DNA of 64,000 nucleotides. It comes from Acidimicrobiales bacterium (lineage in GTDB: Bacteria > Actinomycetota > Acidimicrobiia > Acidimicrobiales > Aldehydirespiratoraceae). Below the pieces are notes generated by a model. The model was not told where the DNA came from, ran no database searches, and saw only the letters and a list, made by a program, of their open reading frames with translations. Every line of letters begins with the position of its first letter. Position 1 is the first letter of the stretch. This document shows positions 20,832 through 30,386 of this stretch, in pieces. Where the stretch lies: positions 3,964 through 67,963 of the forward strand of contig JAQWMR010000003.1 of the NCBI GenBank assembly GCA_029246685.1. Reading direction: 5' to 3'. A program made the translations under genes and the position numbers.

Positions 20832-21227
20832 ATGAACTTCGGGTCGAAACACACCGGTCGCCTCCTTCCCCGGCACGAGACCGCGGGCGACATCATCGTC
20901 ACGTGGAACGTTCACACGGCACGGGCCGGCCTCTTCAAGAAGGAGGAGCGCAGCGAGACGGCTGCGCTCCGCGATCTCTCGCTCGAGGGTGCGCTCGTCG
21001 AAGTCGTGGACGGCGCCCCCTTCGAGGTCGGCGACGTGGTTCCGGTCCGTTTCCGAGGCCTGGACGGCAACGCGATCGTACGCCACGTCCACACGGAAGG
21101 CGACGCATCGTTCTACGGCGTGAACTTCAGCCCGGAACAAGAGTTCAGTTCGGCCATCGACGCCGCCGTCGGCGAGCTACGCAGCCACTCTGCCGAGCTC
21201 TTGGCTGCCTGGCACCGCCAGAACTGA
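20832..21227 (+). CDS. Stand-alone PilZ-domain protein
   Basis: RLLPR (RxxxR) and DLSLEG (D/NxSxxG) c-di-GMP motifs, VRH...YGVNF C-terminal strands. Confidence 0.75.
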   Translation: MNFGSKHTGRLLPRHETAGDIIVTWNVHTARAGLFKKEERSETAALRDLSLEGALVEVVDGAPFEVGDVVPVRFRGLDGNAIVRHVHTEGDASFYGVNFSPEQEFSSAIDAAVGELRSHSAELLAAWHRQN

Positions 21228-21232
21228 TCCGC

Positions 21233-22249
21233 TCAGGCGGCAGCTTCGAACTCGGCGAGCACGCGATCGGCTTCGTCGTGCACGGCAATGCGGCCGTGGA
21301 GCATTTGGCGGGTTTCGTCCGCGGCGAGCTTCGGTTGCTCGACGGTGGCCCAGTTGACCAGCCCTGACCAGAAGCGGTCGATGAGCTCTGCGCCGCTGAC
21401 CGTTCCTCCGTCCAACGTTCGGAACGACAACGAGCGCATCTCGCCCAGGTAGAGGTTGAGCGAGCGGACGTGGATCGCCTCATCGATCCGGATTCGCTCG
21501 ACGATCTCTGCCGCGAGCTCGGCGTTGTCCCGCAGGTCGGTGAAGACGTCGGCGGTACGAAGGATCTGCTGGGTGTCGGCGAACCCGATCTCGGCCCGGA
21601 ACTCGATGATCAGCAGGTTGGCGAGAAACGACACCGTGCCCTCGATCTCGGGCGCGACTTCTGGGACATAGCGAGAGCCCGCGTCAGCCCGACCGATGTT
21701 CTCCGGCGGCTCGACGTCGGGAAAGGCTCCTGGGCCGAACACGAGATCGCGGGCCGCGAACCACATCGCGTCGTGCCCGCCGATGCCCTCGTCGGGCAGA
21801 CCGCCCTCATCGAGGCCGTGAGCGAGAAGCAGCCCCTTGTTGAGATGGCCGATGGCCATCTCGGAAATGTCGTCGACGATAACGGGTTGCAGATCTGGGA
21901 ACGCCATCTCTGCCAGCAGGCGACCCTTTGCTTCGATCTTGCCGGTGATCGTCAGCGAGTTCCAGAACGACTGGCCCAGGTCGTTGCGCAGCAGCACGAG
22001 CTGCTGCTCGGGGGTGGGCATCCGAAGACCGTCGAGGAGCTGCGCCGTCGCGCCAAACGGTTCGCCGCCTCGATCACGCAGCGCCGCCTCCCATGCGTCG
22101 AACGCCGGTTCGCGTACGAGCGCCCGGGGCGGCTGGTACGAGCCGTCGGCCAGCATCCCGCCGTGAAGTCGTTCGCCGAGCACGACGTGGTCCTCGGCGT
22201 AGTCGTGATCGGCGAGGAGTTCGTCTTGGGAGTACGTAAGGCGACTCAT
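21233..22249 (-). CDS. Conserved hypothetical protein, probable ferritin-like di-iron fold
   Basis: Helical acidic protein with IE.KG, DEGG...GH, IEFRAE, DEAIH candidate ligands; 5 bp behind the P450. Confidence 0.65.
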   Translation of the reverse strand: MSRLTYSQDELLADHDYAEDHVVLGERLHGGMLADGSYQPPRALVREPAFDAWEAALRDRGGEPFGATAQLLDGLRMPTPEQQLVLLRNDLGQSFWNSLTITGKIEAKGRLLAEMAFPDLQPVIVDDISEMAIGHLNKGLLLAHGLDEGGLPDEGIGGHDAMWFAARDLVFGPGAFPDVEPPENIGRADAGSRYVPEVAPEIEGTVSFLANLLIIEFRAEIGFADTQQILRTADVFTDLRDNAELAAEIVERIRIDEAIHVRSLNLYLGEMRSLSFRTLDGGTVSGAELIDRFWSGLVNWATVEQPKLAADETRQMLHGRIAVHDEADRVLAEFEAAA

Positions 22250-22254
22250 GGGGA

Positions 22255-23460
22255 TCAGTTTACGGCGACCTGAAGTTCGTCGAGGCCTCGCAGGTTGATG
22301 CGGCCGTTCCAGACGGGCTCCGCGGCGATCGCGGCATTGGGGAAGCGGCGGACGAAGCGGCCGATCGCAAACTGGCCCTCGAGCTTCGCAAGCGAGGCAC
22401 CAAGGCAATAGTGGATGCCACTCCCGAACGACACGTGTTGCCCGGCATCGGCACGGGCGAGGTCGAGCTCGCCCGCCGCCGGGCCGAACTTCTCCGGGTC
22501 TCGGTTGGCCGAAGCCAGCGACGTCGAGACGAACGCGCGGGCCGGGATCTCGACTCCGCGCACCTCGGTGGCCTTCAGCGTGATTCGTCGCGACATCTGT
22601 ACGGGGGCAACCCACCGGAGCAGCTCGTCCACGGCGTTGGCATCGAGCGACGGGTCGTCGCGCAGCAGGGTCGCCTGGTCCGGATGGTCGAGCAGCTCTC
22701 GAATGCCGGTACCGATGAGGTTCACTGTGGTCTCATGGCCGGCCACGAAGAGCAGATTCACTTGATCGCGTAGTTCCTTCGGCGACATCCGGTCGCCGGC
22801 CTCTTCCGCCTCGATCATCGCAGTGAGGATGTCCTCCGCCGGATTCTTGCGCTTCCACTCGATGACGTCGGCCAGGTAGCCATCGATGTTCCGGTTCGCC
22901 TCGAAGGCCGCCACCATCTCCTCGTCGCTGATGATCGGATCGAGGGTCTTGACGATCGCTCCGGACCAGTCGCGGATCTGCTCCTTGTCAACGTCGGGGA
23001 GCCCGAGCATCTCGGAGATGACATCGAACGGGAGCGGGAACGCGAGCTCGCCGACCACATCCGCCGTCCCGGCGTCGGCCATGCGATCGAGCGCATCGTC
23101 CACCATCTGCTCGATTCGGGGGCGAAGCGCCTCGATCGTGCGGGGGGTGAACGCCTTACTGATCAGGCGACGCAGTCGCGTGTGGTCCGGCGGGTCCAGG
23201 CCGAGAATCGACTCGAACTCCATGTCGTCGTCGAACTCCTCGAGAAGCGTGCCTCGGTCGAGCTCCGTGAGGTCGGCGTTGCGGTCATCGACACTCAGTT
23301 CCGGGTCTCGCAGGAGAGCGAAGACGTCGTCGTAGCGGAAGAGGGCGTAGCCGCCGGTGAGCAACGCATGGACGGGTTCGCTCTCGCGCAGCTCGGCGAG
23401 ATGGGTCCACGGATCCTCCGTGAAACCGTCCTGAAGGGGGTTGAAGAAGACGGCGGTCAT
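22255..23460 (-). CDS. Cytochrome P450
   Basis: DPPDHTRLR, AGHETT, ELLR, FGSGIHYCLG heme Cys. Confidence 0.97.
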   Translation of the reverse strand: MTAVFFNPLQDGFTEDPWTHLAELRESEPVHALLTGGYALFRYDDVFALLRDPELSVDDRNADLTELDRGTLLEEFDDDMEFESILGLDPPDHTRLRRLISKAFTPRTIEALRPRIEQMVDDALDRMADAGTADVVGELAFPLPFDVISEMLGLPDVDKEQIRDWSGAIVKTLDPIISDEEMVAAFEANRNIDGYLADVIEWKRKNPAEDILTAMIEAEEAGDRMSPKELRDQVNLLFVAGHETTVNLIGTGIRELLDHPDQATLLRDDPSLDANAVDELLRWVAPVQMSRRITLKATEVRGVEIPARAFVSTSLASANRDPEKFGPAAGELDLARADAGQHVSFGSGIHYCLGASLAKLEGQFAIGRFVRRFPNAAIAAEPVWNGRINLRGLDELQVAVN

Positions 23461-23490
23461 GGCGCGACCGTAGCGCTAGCGTCGTCTTCG

Positions 23491-24432
23491 GTGAATGAGA
23501 TCGGGCCTCCTGAGACGGATGACGCACCTGAGGTGATCGCGCCGTGGGACGGCCGCCGGGTGCCCGTGACCCTGCTCGGCGGCTACCTGGGCGCCGGAAA
23601 GACCACAGTCATCAACGCTGTTCTCGCCACCACCGATCGGCCCATCGCGGTGTTGGTGAACGACGTCGGCGCCGTGAACGTCGACGCCGCTCTCGTGCGC
23701 CGACGCCACGGCGACACGATCGAGCTGACCGACGGCTGCGTGTGCTGCAGCCTCGCCGGCGGGCTGAGTGCGGCGTTCGATGGTCTGCGGGAGCGGCCCG
23801 ATCCGCCGGACCACGTGATCCTCGAGCTCAGTGGTGTTGCCGATCCTGCCCGTGTGGCTCCGTGGGCCGACAGCGACGGGTTCCGCCTGGACGGAACCGT
23901 CGTCCTCGTGGACGCCGAGCAGTTTCCCGAGCGGGTCGACGACCCACTGACGCGTCCGGCCGTCACCACGCAGCTCGCGGCCGCCGACCTGGTGGTTCTG
24001 AGCAAGCTCGACCTCGCGACAGGTGAAGAGGAAGCCGCCACACGGGCGCTGCTCGATGACCTCTGCCCGACGACTCCCCTCCTTGCGAGCGACGACGCTG
24101 TGGCCACTGCGTCATTCCTCGATCTCGGGACCCGACGTCCGGGCGGCGTAGCCGACACACCGATGCCCGCGCTCTTCGATCCACACGACGTTGATCTCCA
24201 TCCGATCCCGCACCCCATCTCCCGGGCCGACTTCGAGGCGATGATCGCCGCGCTTCCCGACGATGTTCTCCGGGCGAAAGGCATCGCCGAGACTCCCGAC
24301 GGCGAACGCCTGCTCGCCCAGGTCGTCGGTCGACGCCGCATCGTCACCGACCTCCCCCACGCCGAGTCTCAACCCCCCACCGAGCTCGTCGTCATCACAC
24401 CCCGCCCCCAAAGCGCAACAACTGGTGCCTGA
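23491..24432 (+). CDS. CobW/COG0523 family GTPase metallochaperone
   Basis: GYLGAGKTT, VLVND.G, GCVCC, ELSGVADP, SKLD, RAKG. Confidence 0.92.
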   Translation: MNEIGPPETDDAPEVIAPWDGRRVPVTLLGGYLGAGKTTVINAVLATTDRPIAVLVNDVGAVNVDAALVRRRHGDTIELTDGCVCCSLAGGLSAAFDGLRERPDPPDHVILELSGVADPARVAPWADSDGFRLDGTVVLVDAEQFPERVDDPLTRPAVTTQLAAADLVVLSKLDLATGEEEAATRALLDDLCPTTPLLASDDAVATASFLDLGTRRPGGVADTPMPALFDPHDVDLHPIPHPISRADFEAMIAALPDDVLRAKGIAETPDGERLLAQVVGRRRIVTDLPHAESQPPTELVVITPRPQSATTGA

Positions 24433-24487
24433 CCCCGCTTCAACTGGTGTCAGACACCCGCTACATCTTGTGGCACCAGGACCACGT

Positions 24488-24665
24488 CTACATGAGGTCC
24501 TCGGTCCAGGGAGGTGAGGGGGCACCGTTCGCACGGATCTCGTCGATGAGGTCAGGCATCGCAGCGGGATAGACGACTTCTCCGTTTGTCCGCATCTCGT
24601 GTGCGCTGAGCCAGCGAAACACATCGATGACCGAAAGCTCGACGCGGAAATCGCCCGTCGGGCCT
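24488..24665 (-). pseudogene. C-terminal stub of a probable NUDIX hydrolase
   Basis: ELSVIDVFRWLSAHEM...EVVYPAAMPDLI resembles the tail of actinobacterial NUDIX proteins; no Nudix box or start before the next gene. Confidence 0.45.
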
Positions 24666-24684
24666 GAACCTATACTCCCTGCCG

Positions 24685-26301
24685 ATGGAGATGCACTTCG
24701 CAACCGTGTGGGAACAAATCGCCGATCGCATCGGCGACCGTCCCGCAATCACCCATGGCGCCACGACTCGAACGTGGCGGGAATACGACGACCGATCGGC
24801 CCGGATCGCGGCGGCGTACAACGCGGCTGGGCTCGGACCCGACTCCAAGGTCGGGCTCTTCATGTACAACTCGAACGAGTACATGGAAGCTCAGTTCGCG
24901 GCGATGAAGATGCGGGGCGTCCCCATCAACATCAACTATCGCTACATCGATGAGGAGCTCTGGTACCTCCTCGACAACAGCGACGCCGAGGCGCTCGTCT
25001 TTCACTCGTCGCTCGGCGACCGGGTGGCTCGCGTCGTTGACCGTCTCCCCGATCTGAAGGTCCTCATCGAGGTCGACGACGGAGGCGCCGGTCAGGTGCA
25101 GGTCGCTCGCCGCTACGAGGAGGCCGTTGCGTCTCATGAGCCGATGCCTCGCATCGAGCGGGCCGAGGACGACACGTACATGCTTTATACGGGCGGCACG
25201 ACCGGCATGCCGAAGGGCGTGATGTATGCGATGGGCGGGATGACGGCCGGCCTGGCCGGCGCCGCGTTCCCCGTGCTCGGCCTCCCCGCGCCGGAGAGCA
25301 CCGAGGCGCTCATCGAGGCGGCCTCTGGCACCGACGGTTCGTTGGTCTCGCTTCCTTGTGCACCGCTCATGCACGGCACCGGGCTTTGGCTCGGTTGCTT
25401 CATCCCCCATCTGCTCGGTTCCCACATCGTCACCGTCACGAACCGGAGCCTCGACGCCCACGAAGTCCTGGGCACGATCGAGGAGTACAAGGCCTCCACG
25501 ATCACGATCGTGGGCGATGCGTTCGCGAAGCCGCTGCTCGCGGCGATCGACGAGGGCAAGCCCGGTGGCGGCGCCTACGACCTGTCCTCGGTCGGCATCA
25601 TCCAGTCCTCTGGCGTGATGTGGACCACCGAGGTCAAGGAGCAGCTTCTCGAACGGATCGAGCAGGCAATGCTTCTCGATGCGATGGGCTCGACCGAAGG
25701 CTCGATGGGAATGCAGATCACGATGAAGGGGCTTGCCACGGAGACAGGCAAGTTCACCCAGAGCCCGACCACCAAGGTGTTCACCGACGACGACCGAGTC
25801 GTCGAGCCGGGCTCCGGCGAGATCGGAATGGTCGCGGCCGGCGGCAACGTTCCCCTCGGCTATTTCAAGGACGAGGAGAAGTCCGCCCGCACGTTCCGTG
25901 TGATCGACGGCGAGCGCTACAGCTTCCCGGGCGACCTGGCGATGGTGGCCGAGGACGGATCGCTGATCCTGCTCGGCCGAGGCAGCCAGGTCATCAATTC
26001 CGGCGGCGAGAAGATCTACCCCGAGGAAGTCGAGGAGGCGGTGAAGCGGGTCGACGGTGTCGTCGACTGCCTTGTCGTCGGCGTGGACGACGAGAAGTTC
26101 GGCCAGGCAGTCACCGCCGTCGCGAGTCGAGCCGAGGGGGCTGACGTGGACGGCGACACGATCATCGAGTCGGTGAAGAACGAGCTCGCCCGCTTCAAGG
26201 CTCCGAAGTCGGTTGTCTTCGTGGACACCGTGCCGCGCGCGCCGAACGGCAAGGCCGACTACAAGACGGCGCAGCAGTACGCGATCGACGCCAACGCCTG
26301 A
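24685..26301 (+). CDS. Acyl-CoA synthetase (FadD19-like)
   Basis: PININYRY, LYTGGTTGMPKGV, PLMHG, GSTE, INSGGEKIYPEEVE, RAPNGKADY. Confidence 0.93.
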   Translation: MEMHFATVWEQIADRIGDRPAITHGATTRTWREYDDRSARIAAAYNAAGLGPDSKVGLFMYNSNEYMEAQFAAMKMRGVPININYRYIDEELWYLLDNSDAEALVFHSSLGDRVARVVDRLPDLKVLIEVDDGGAGQVQVARRYEEAVASHEPMPRIERAEDDTYMLYTGGTTGMPKGVMYAMGGMTAGLAGAAFPVLGLPAPESTEALIEAASGTDGSLVSLPCAPLMHGTGLWLGCFIPHLLGSHIVTVTNRSLDAHEVLGTIEEYKASTITIVGDAFAKPLLAAIDEGKPGGGAYDLSSVGIIQSSGVMWTTEVKEQLLERIEQAMLLDAMGSTEGSMGMQITMKGLATETGKFTQSPTTKVFTDDDRVVEPGSGEIGMVAAGGNVPLGYFKDEEKSARTFRVIDGERYSFPGDLAMVAEDGSLILLGRGSQVINSGGEKIYPEEVEEAVKRVDGVVDCLVVGVDDEKFGQAVTAVASRAEGADVDGDTIIESVKNELARFKAPKSVVFVDTVPRAPNGKADYKTAQQYAIDANA

Positions 26302-26304
26302 GGA

Positions 26305-27411
26305 TCAGCCCAGAACGGCGGCCTCAACTGGGTCGTAGAGCTGCCCAGCGAGGGCGTTTCCCAGATCCGACGTGCGTTCGATGACGAGGTAGGCACCGAA
26401 GTTGTCGTCCAGTTGCAGCCAGGCCACCGCGCCGTAGGCGCCGGGGTCCGTGATGCGCTCGTTCGCCTCATCCACCCACCAGCCCATGCCGTAGCCGACG
26501 TCGGATCCGTAGACGCGGCCCGTGCGGTTTTCGTGTGTGGCCGCGAGAGCCTCCGGCGTGAGGACCTGATTGTCGCCACACTTGCCGCCGCGCAGGTTCA
26601 TCAGGAGCAGCGCCGCGTAGTCGCGAGCGGTCGTGTAGACGCCGCCCTCCATGTTGGGATTGTCCGTCGGCGGGAGCAGGGAGAGATCGCCATCCCAGTC
26701 CGGGTACTCGAATGAAGCACCGAGCGGCACGAACGGGCTGCTGTAGCCGAAGTTCGTGAGGCCGCACGGCTCCACGAAGATCTCGTCGACGAGCTCGTTC
26801 CACGACTTCCCGGCCGCGATCTCGGCCACGGCGCCGGCGACCTGCCACTGGGTGCCGCCGTACTGGAACGCTGTGTCCGGCGGTGTGATCAGGTGGTCAT
26901 CGGCCGTAGTGGTGAGGATGGTTGTCGCGCACTCTTGCAATGTTGTCAGCGAGTTGTACTGACAGAGCAGGTCCGGTACGTCGAGGCTTCCGCCGAGTCC
27001 AACCAGACCGGAGCTGTTGGAGACGAGCTGGGCAGGAGTGACCTCGGGGTGGTCCCCGGCGTAGTCGAGCACATCTGCGATCGGCGCATCGACGTCCAGT
27101 AGGCCCTGGTCGTCCAGAGCCATGAGTACGCCGGCGCTCACCATCTTCGATGTCGACATGATCAGCGAGACGCGGTCCTCGCCGAAAACTCCCCAATACT
27201 CCTCGTGGAGGATCCCCTCGTCACGCTCGACCACGATCAAGCCGGCGCCGTTCAACTCGTTCTCTTCGATGAACGACTCGACGATCGGGCTGATCGCGGA
27301 GAAGTCACGCTCCACGGGCTCCGGCTCCGGCTCGGGCTCAGATCCGTTCTCGTCCCCGCAGGCAGCGGCGATGAGAACGGACACGGTAAGGAGAGCGAGG
27401 AGGCGGCGCAT
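26305..27411 (-). CDS. Serine hydrolase (beta-lactamase/esterase family) lipoprotein
   Basis: Lipobox IAAAC, SxxK STSK, FQYGG, YGMGWW, PGAYG. Confidence 0.88.
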   Translation of the reverse strand: MRRLLALLTVSVLIAAACGDENGSEPEPEPEPVERDFSAISPIVESFIEENELNGAGLIVVERDEGILHEEYWGVFGEDRVSLIMSTSKMVSAGVLMALDDQGLLDVDAPIADVLDYAGDHPEVTPAQLVSNSSGLVGLGGSLDVPDLLCQYNSLTTLQECATTILTTTADDHLITPPDTAFQYGGTQWQVAGAVAEIAAGKSWNELVDEIFVEPCGLTNFGYSSPFVPLGASFEYPDWDGDLSLLPPTDNPNMEGGVYTTARDYAALLLMNLRGGKCGDNQVLTPEALAATHENRTGRVYGSDVGYGMGWWVDEANERITDPGAYGAVAWLQLDDNFGAYLVIERTSDLGNALAGQLYDPVEAAVLG

Positions 27412-27476
27412 GGCGCAGACGGTAGTTGACCCATCGCCACCGGCCGTCGTCGGTTTAACCGCGTAGGGTCGCGGCA

Positions 27477-27839
27477 GTGATGGCCGCCTTCTCCGCCTCC
27501 CTCGAAGCGCACACCTGCGCGTACTTCACCACGACTGGTCGTCAGTCGGGTACGCCGCATCGAGTCGAGATCTGGTTCTGCGTGGTCGACGATGTCCTGT
27601 GCGCGATCTCTGGCGGGCGTGACCGATCCGATTGGGTCCGGAACCTCTTGAAGCAACCGGAACTCACCATCGAGGTCGGCGATGCGAGCTGGACCGCGCA
27701 GGCGTCGATCCCGCCGGACGATCCGGACCATCCCGCCCGCGGTCGCCTGGCAGGGCGGTATCAGGGCTGGCAGGAGGGAACGCCGCTCACCGAGTGGGCG
27801 ACGCACGGGCTCGTCTTGGAGCTCCGTCCGGCGGGCTAG
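27477..27839 (+). CDS. Deazaflavin (F420)-dependent nitroreductase-family protein
   Basis: TTTGRQSG.PH.VEIWF, SDWVRNL...P motifs. Confidence 0.85.
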   Translation: MMAAFSASLEAHTCAYFTTTGRQSGTPHRVEIWFCVVDDVLCAISGGRDRSDWVRNLLKQPELTIEVGDASWTAQASIPPDDPDHPARGRLAGRYQGWQEGTPLTEWATHGLVLELRPAG

Positions 27840-28573
27840 CTGCCAGGCTTGCTCCATACGGAGACGTGGTGCTCGCTGTCACCGGTGAAGAGCGACCGCA
27901 CCCAGTCCTCCCAGCGCCCAACCGGCTCGAGCCCAGCGAGGCGCGCCATGAGGTCGAGTTCCGACAGCCACACATAGCGGAAGGGTGCAACGTGGTGCAG
28001 GGCGCCGTCCGTCGTCACGTAGTGATGGTGCGACTCGAACCGCTGATTCGCGATGTCGGTGAATCGATCGACGCCGATGTGGTGCGGCTCTGCGGCGAAG
28101 GCGACGGAGTTCTCTCTCGGCGGCAGACGTCGAAGATTCGGGACTCCGACCTCGAGCACAAAGCATCCGCCCGGGTCGAGATGGTCGGCCGCGTTCTGGA
28201 AGCAGGCCACCTGCTGATCCTGCGTCAGGAGGTTGTTGATCGTGTTGAACACCAGGAACACGAGCGCGTAGGTGCGGCCGGTCGTCGCCGTGGCGAAGTC
28301 GCCAGTGACCACCTCGAGGTCGACACCACCGGGCTTGTTCTTCAACTCCTCGAGCATCTCCGGCGAGAGCTCGATGCCGTCGACTTCGTGCCCGCGGGCG
28401 GCCAGTGGAAGAGCGACCCGACCGGTACCGATGCCGAATTCCAGCGCGGGTCCGGCTCCGACCAGTGCGTCGAGGAAGTCGATCGTCGGATCGAGCACGG
28501 CAGGATCGAATCGTTCCGCGTGTGTCTCGTCGTAGACCGGCGCGATGTTCGCGCCGAAGTGATTCTCCGTCAT
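27836..28573 (-). CDS. Class I SAM-dependent methyltransferase
   Basis: LEFGIGTGRVALPL, GIELS, VFNT..NL, RYVW.SELDLMARLAG. Confidence 0.92.
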   Translation of the reverse strand: MTENHFGANIAPVYDETHAERFDPAVLDPTIDFLDALVGAGPALEFGIGTGRVALPLAARGHEVDGIELSPEMLEELKNKPGGVDLEVVTGDFATATTGRTYALVFLVFNTINNLLTQDQQVACFQNAADHLDPGGCFVLEVGVPNLRRLPPRENSVAFAAEPHHIGVDRFTDIANQRFESHHHYVTTDGALHHVAPFRYVWLSELDLMARLAGLEPVGRWEDWVRSLFTGDSEHHVSVWSKPGS

Positions 28574-28574
28574 G

Positions 28575-28975
28575 TCAGTTGTTGCCTTCGATCAGCGGTA
28601 CGTCGGGCATCGGGTTGTGCGGTTGGGCCTAGTGGGAGAACCACACCTCTTTCAGCCAGAGCCCGTCGGCGTCGTCCATCGTGCCGACCATGATGCTGCA
28701 CTCGTCGGGCGTGTCCTCCGCCTGGAAGTAGAGCGTCGACCCGCAAGAGCGACAGGACCCGTAGCGTGCGAACCCGAGCTCATGCAGCCCGAGCTGCCCT
28801 GGTCATCGGCCCAGTGGACAGTGTCGTTCTCGGCCCGGGCTGCAGCGACGAAGTTTCCCGTCAGTCGACGGCAGCTGTCGCAGTGACATTGCAGAACGGC
28901 ATTCTTCGTCACTGCGTCGTATCGGACCGCACCGCAAAGACAGCCACCGGTTCGCTCACCGCTGATCTCCTGCAT
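28575..28975 (-). pseudogene. GFA (glutathione-dependent formaldehyde-activating) family gene with frameshift and internal stop
   Basis: GGCLCGAVRY, CHCDSCRR; the CRSCGSTLY half is in another frame after about 28797; TAG at 28631-28629 precedes the likely natural TGA at 28577-28575. Confidence 0.85.
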
Positions 28976-28984
28976 CGTCGGAGA

Positions 28985-30376
28985 CTAGAGCGGGCGCTGA
29001 AGGTGGAACGGGCGATTCTCTTCGATCGCCGCAGCGATGCCCAGGAGACGCCGTTCTTCTCCCCACGGCGCCACGAGCTGAAGTCCGGCGGGAAGCCCAG
29101 CATTCGTGAACCCGGCCGGAATCGAGATCGCCGGACATCCGGTGGCAGAGATCACGCAGCACGTGGTCATCCATTGGAGATAGTCGCTCATCGGATCGCC
29201 GTTGATCTCCGTTGGGAACTCCCGGTCTGCGGGGAACGGTGCAACCTGGGCGCTCGGCAATGCGAGCACATCGTGCTCTTCGAAGAACGATTCCATCGTC
29301 GCGACCAGGCCGAGCCGCATCTCCTCCGCTCGCACAACGTCGTCCCCGGTCAGCGAGAGGCCGTACTCGATGTTCGCCACCAGCGTCGACTTCATCGAGC
29401 GCCAGCCTTCGAGCGAAGAGAGGATCCGCATTGACCAGCCCCGCGCGATCCGGAACACCTCCATCGCTTCGCAGAGGTCCGGTGCGGCAGGCCGCGCCAC
29501 GCCGCCGACGTCGACGATCGCGGCCGCGGTCGACTCGCAGCACGCGAGCACTTCCGGCTCCACCGGGAACATCTCCATGTCGCCACCGAATGCCAGACGA
29601 ACATCGTCCGCCGCCGGTTCCAGGTCTCGAAACGAGCGGCCGTCCTCGGGCAGCGAGACGTCGTCATCCGGATGCGGACCGGCGAGAGCCGAGAGGAGAA
29701 GTGCGGCGTCGGCGACAGTCCGACCCATCGGCCCCTGCACGCCGAACCGATCGAGCTGGCGACGGGCCCCGAGCGGGCTCGGCACCCGGCCCATCGTGGG
29801 CCGCAGCCCGACCACGTTGTTGAACGCAGCCGGGTTTCGCAGCGAGCCGCCGAGGTCGCTGCCGTCCGCGATCGGGAGCATGCGAGCGCCGAGAGCAGCA
29901 GCAGCTCCCCCACTGCTCCCGCCCGCGGAATGATCGAGGTTCCACGGGTTGCGGGTGAGCCCGTAGACCTCGTTGAACGTGTGGGATCCGGCGCCGAATT
30001 CCGGCGTGTTCGTCTTGCCGATGATGATCGCTCCCGCCGCGCGGACTCGGCTGGCGACCAGGCCGTCCTCTTCCGCCGGTCGGTCAGAGGTGATCAAGGA
30101 TCCGGCCCGAGTCGGCAAGCCGGCGACATCGTCGAGGTCCTTCACCGCGATCGGCAGACCGTGGAGCGGGCCCACAGGCTCGCCAGCGTCCGCCGCTGCT
30201 GCAGCCGCGAGGATCTCCTCTCGCGAGAACATCGCGACGATGGCGTTCACATCGATGTTGACCTGCTCGATCCGGTCGAGGTGAGCGGTCACGACCTCCA
30301 CCACGGATACGTCGCCGGCCCGAATCAGCTCAGCCAGCTCGACAGCAGACCGCTCGGTCAGGTCGTCGACATCCAT
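28985..30376 (-). CDS. Amidase (amidase-signature family)
   Basis: GPLHGLPIAVKD, GKTNTPEFG, GGSSGG, GSDLGGSLRNPA. Confidence 0.95.
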   Translation of the reverse strand: MDVDDLTERSAVELAELIRAGDVSVVEVVTAHLDRIEQVNIDVNAIVAMFSREEILAAAAAADAGEPVGPLHGLPIAVKDLDDVAGLPTRAGSLITSDRPAEEDGLVASRVRAAGAIIIGKTNTPEFGAGSHTFNEVYGLTRNPWNLDHSAGGSSGGAAAALGARMLPIADGSDLGGSLRNPAAFNNVVGLRPTMGRVPSPLGARRQLDRFGVQGPMGRTVADAALLLSALAGPHPDDDVSLPEDGRSFRDLEPAADDVRLAFGGDMEMFPVEPEVLACCESTAAAIVDVGGVARPAAPDLCEAMEVFRIARGWSMRILSSLEGWRSMKSTLVANIEYGLSLTGDDVVRAEEMRLGLVATMESFFEEHDVLALPSAQVAPFPADREFPTEINGDPMSDYLQWMTTCCVISATGCPAISIPAGFTNAGLPAGLQLVAPWGEERRLLGIAAAIEENRPFHLQRPL

Positions 30377-30386
30377 GGGCGGCACG

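Noticed and set aside
27316-27340. EPEPEPEP-coding repeat, and similar D/P/T repeats near 16440-16490 and 58380-58480
   Set aside because: In-frame low-complexity linkers after membrane anchors; not CRISPR or phase-variable tracts
26305-27411. Beta-lactam resistance gene
   Set aside because: SxxK serine hydrolase of the broad esterase/peptidase family; no class A/C/D specific evidence
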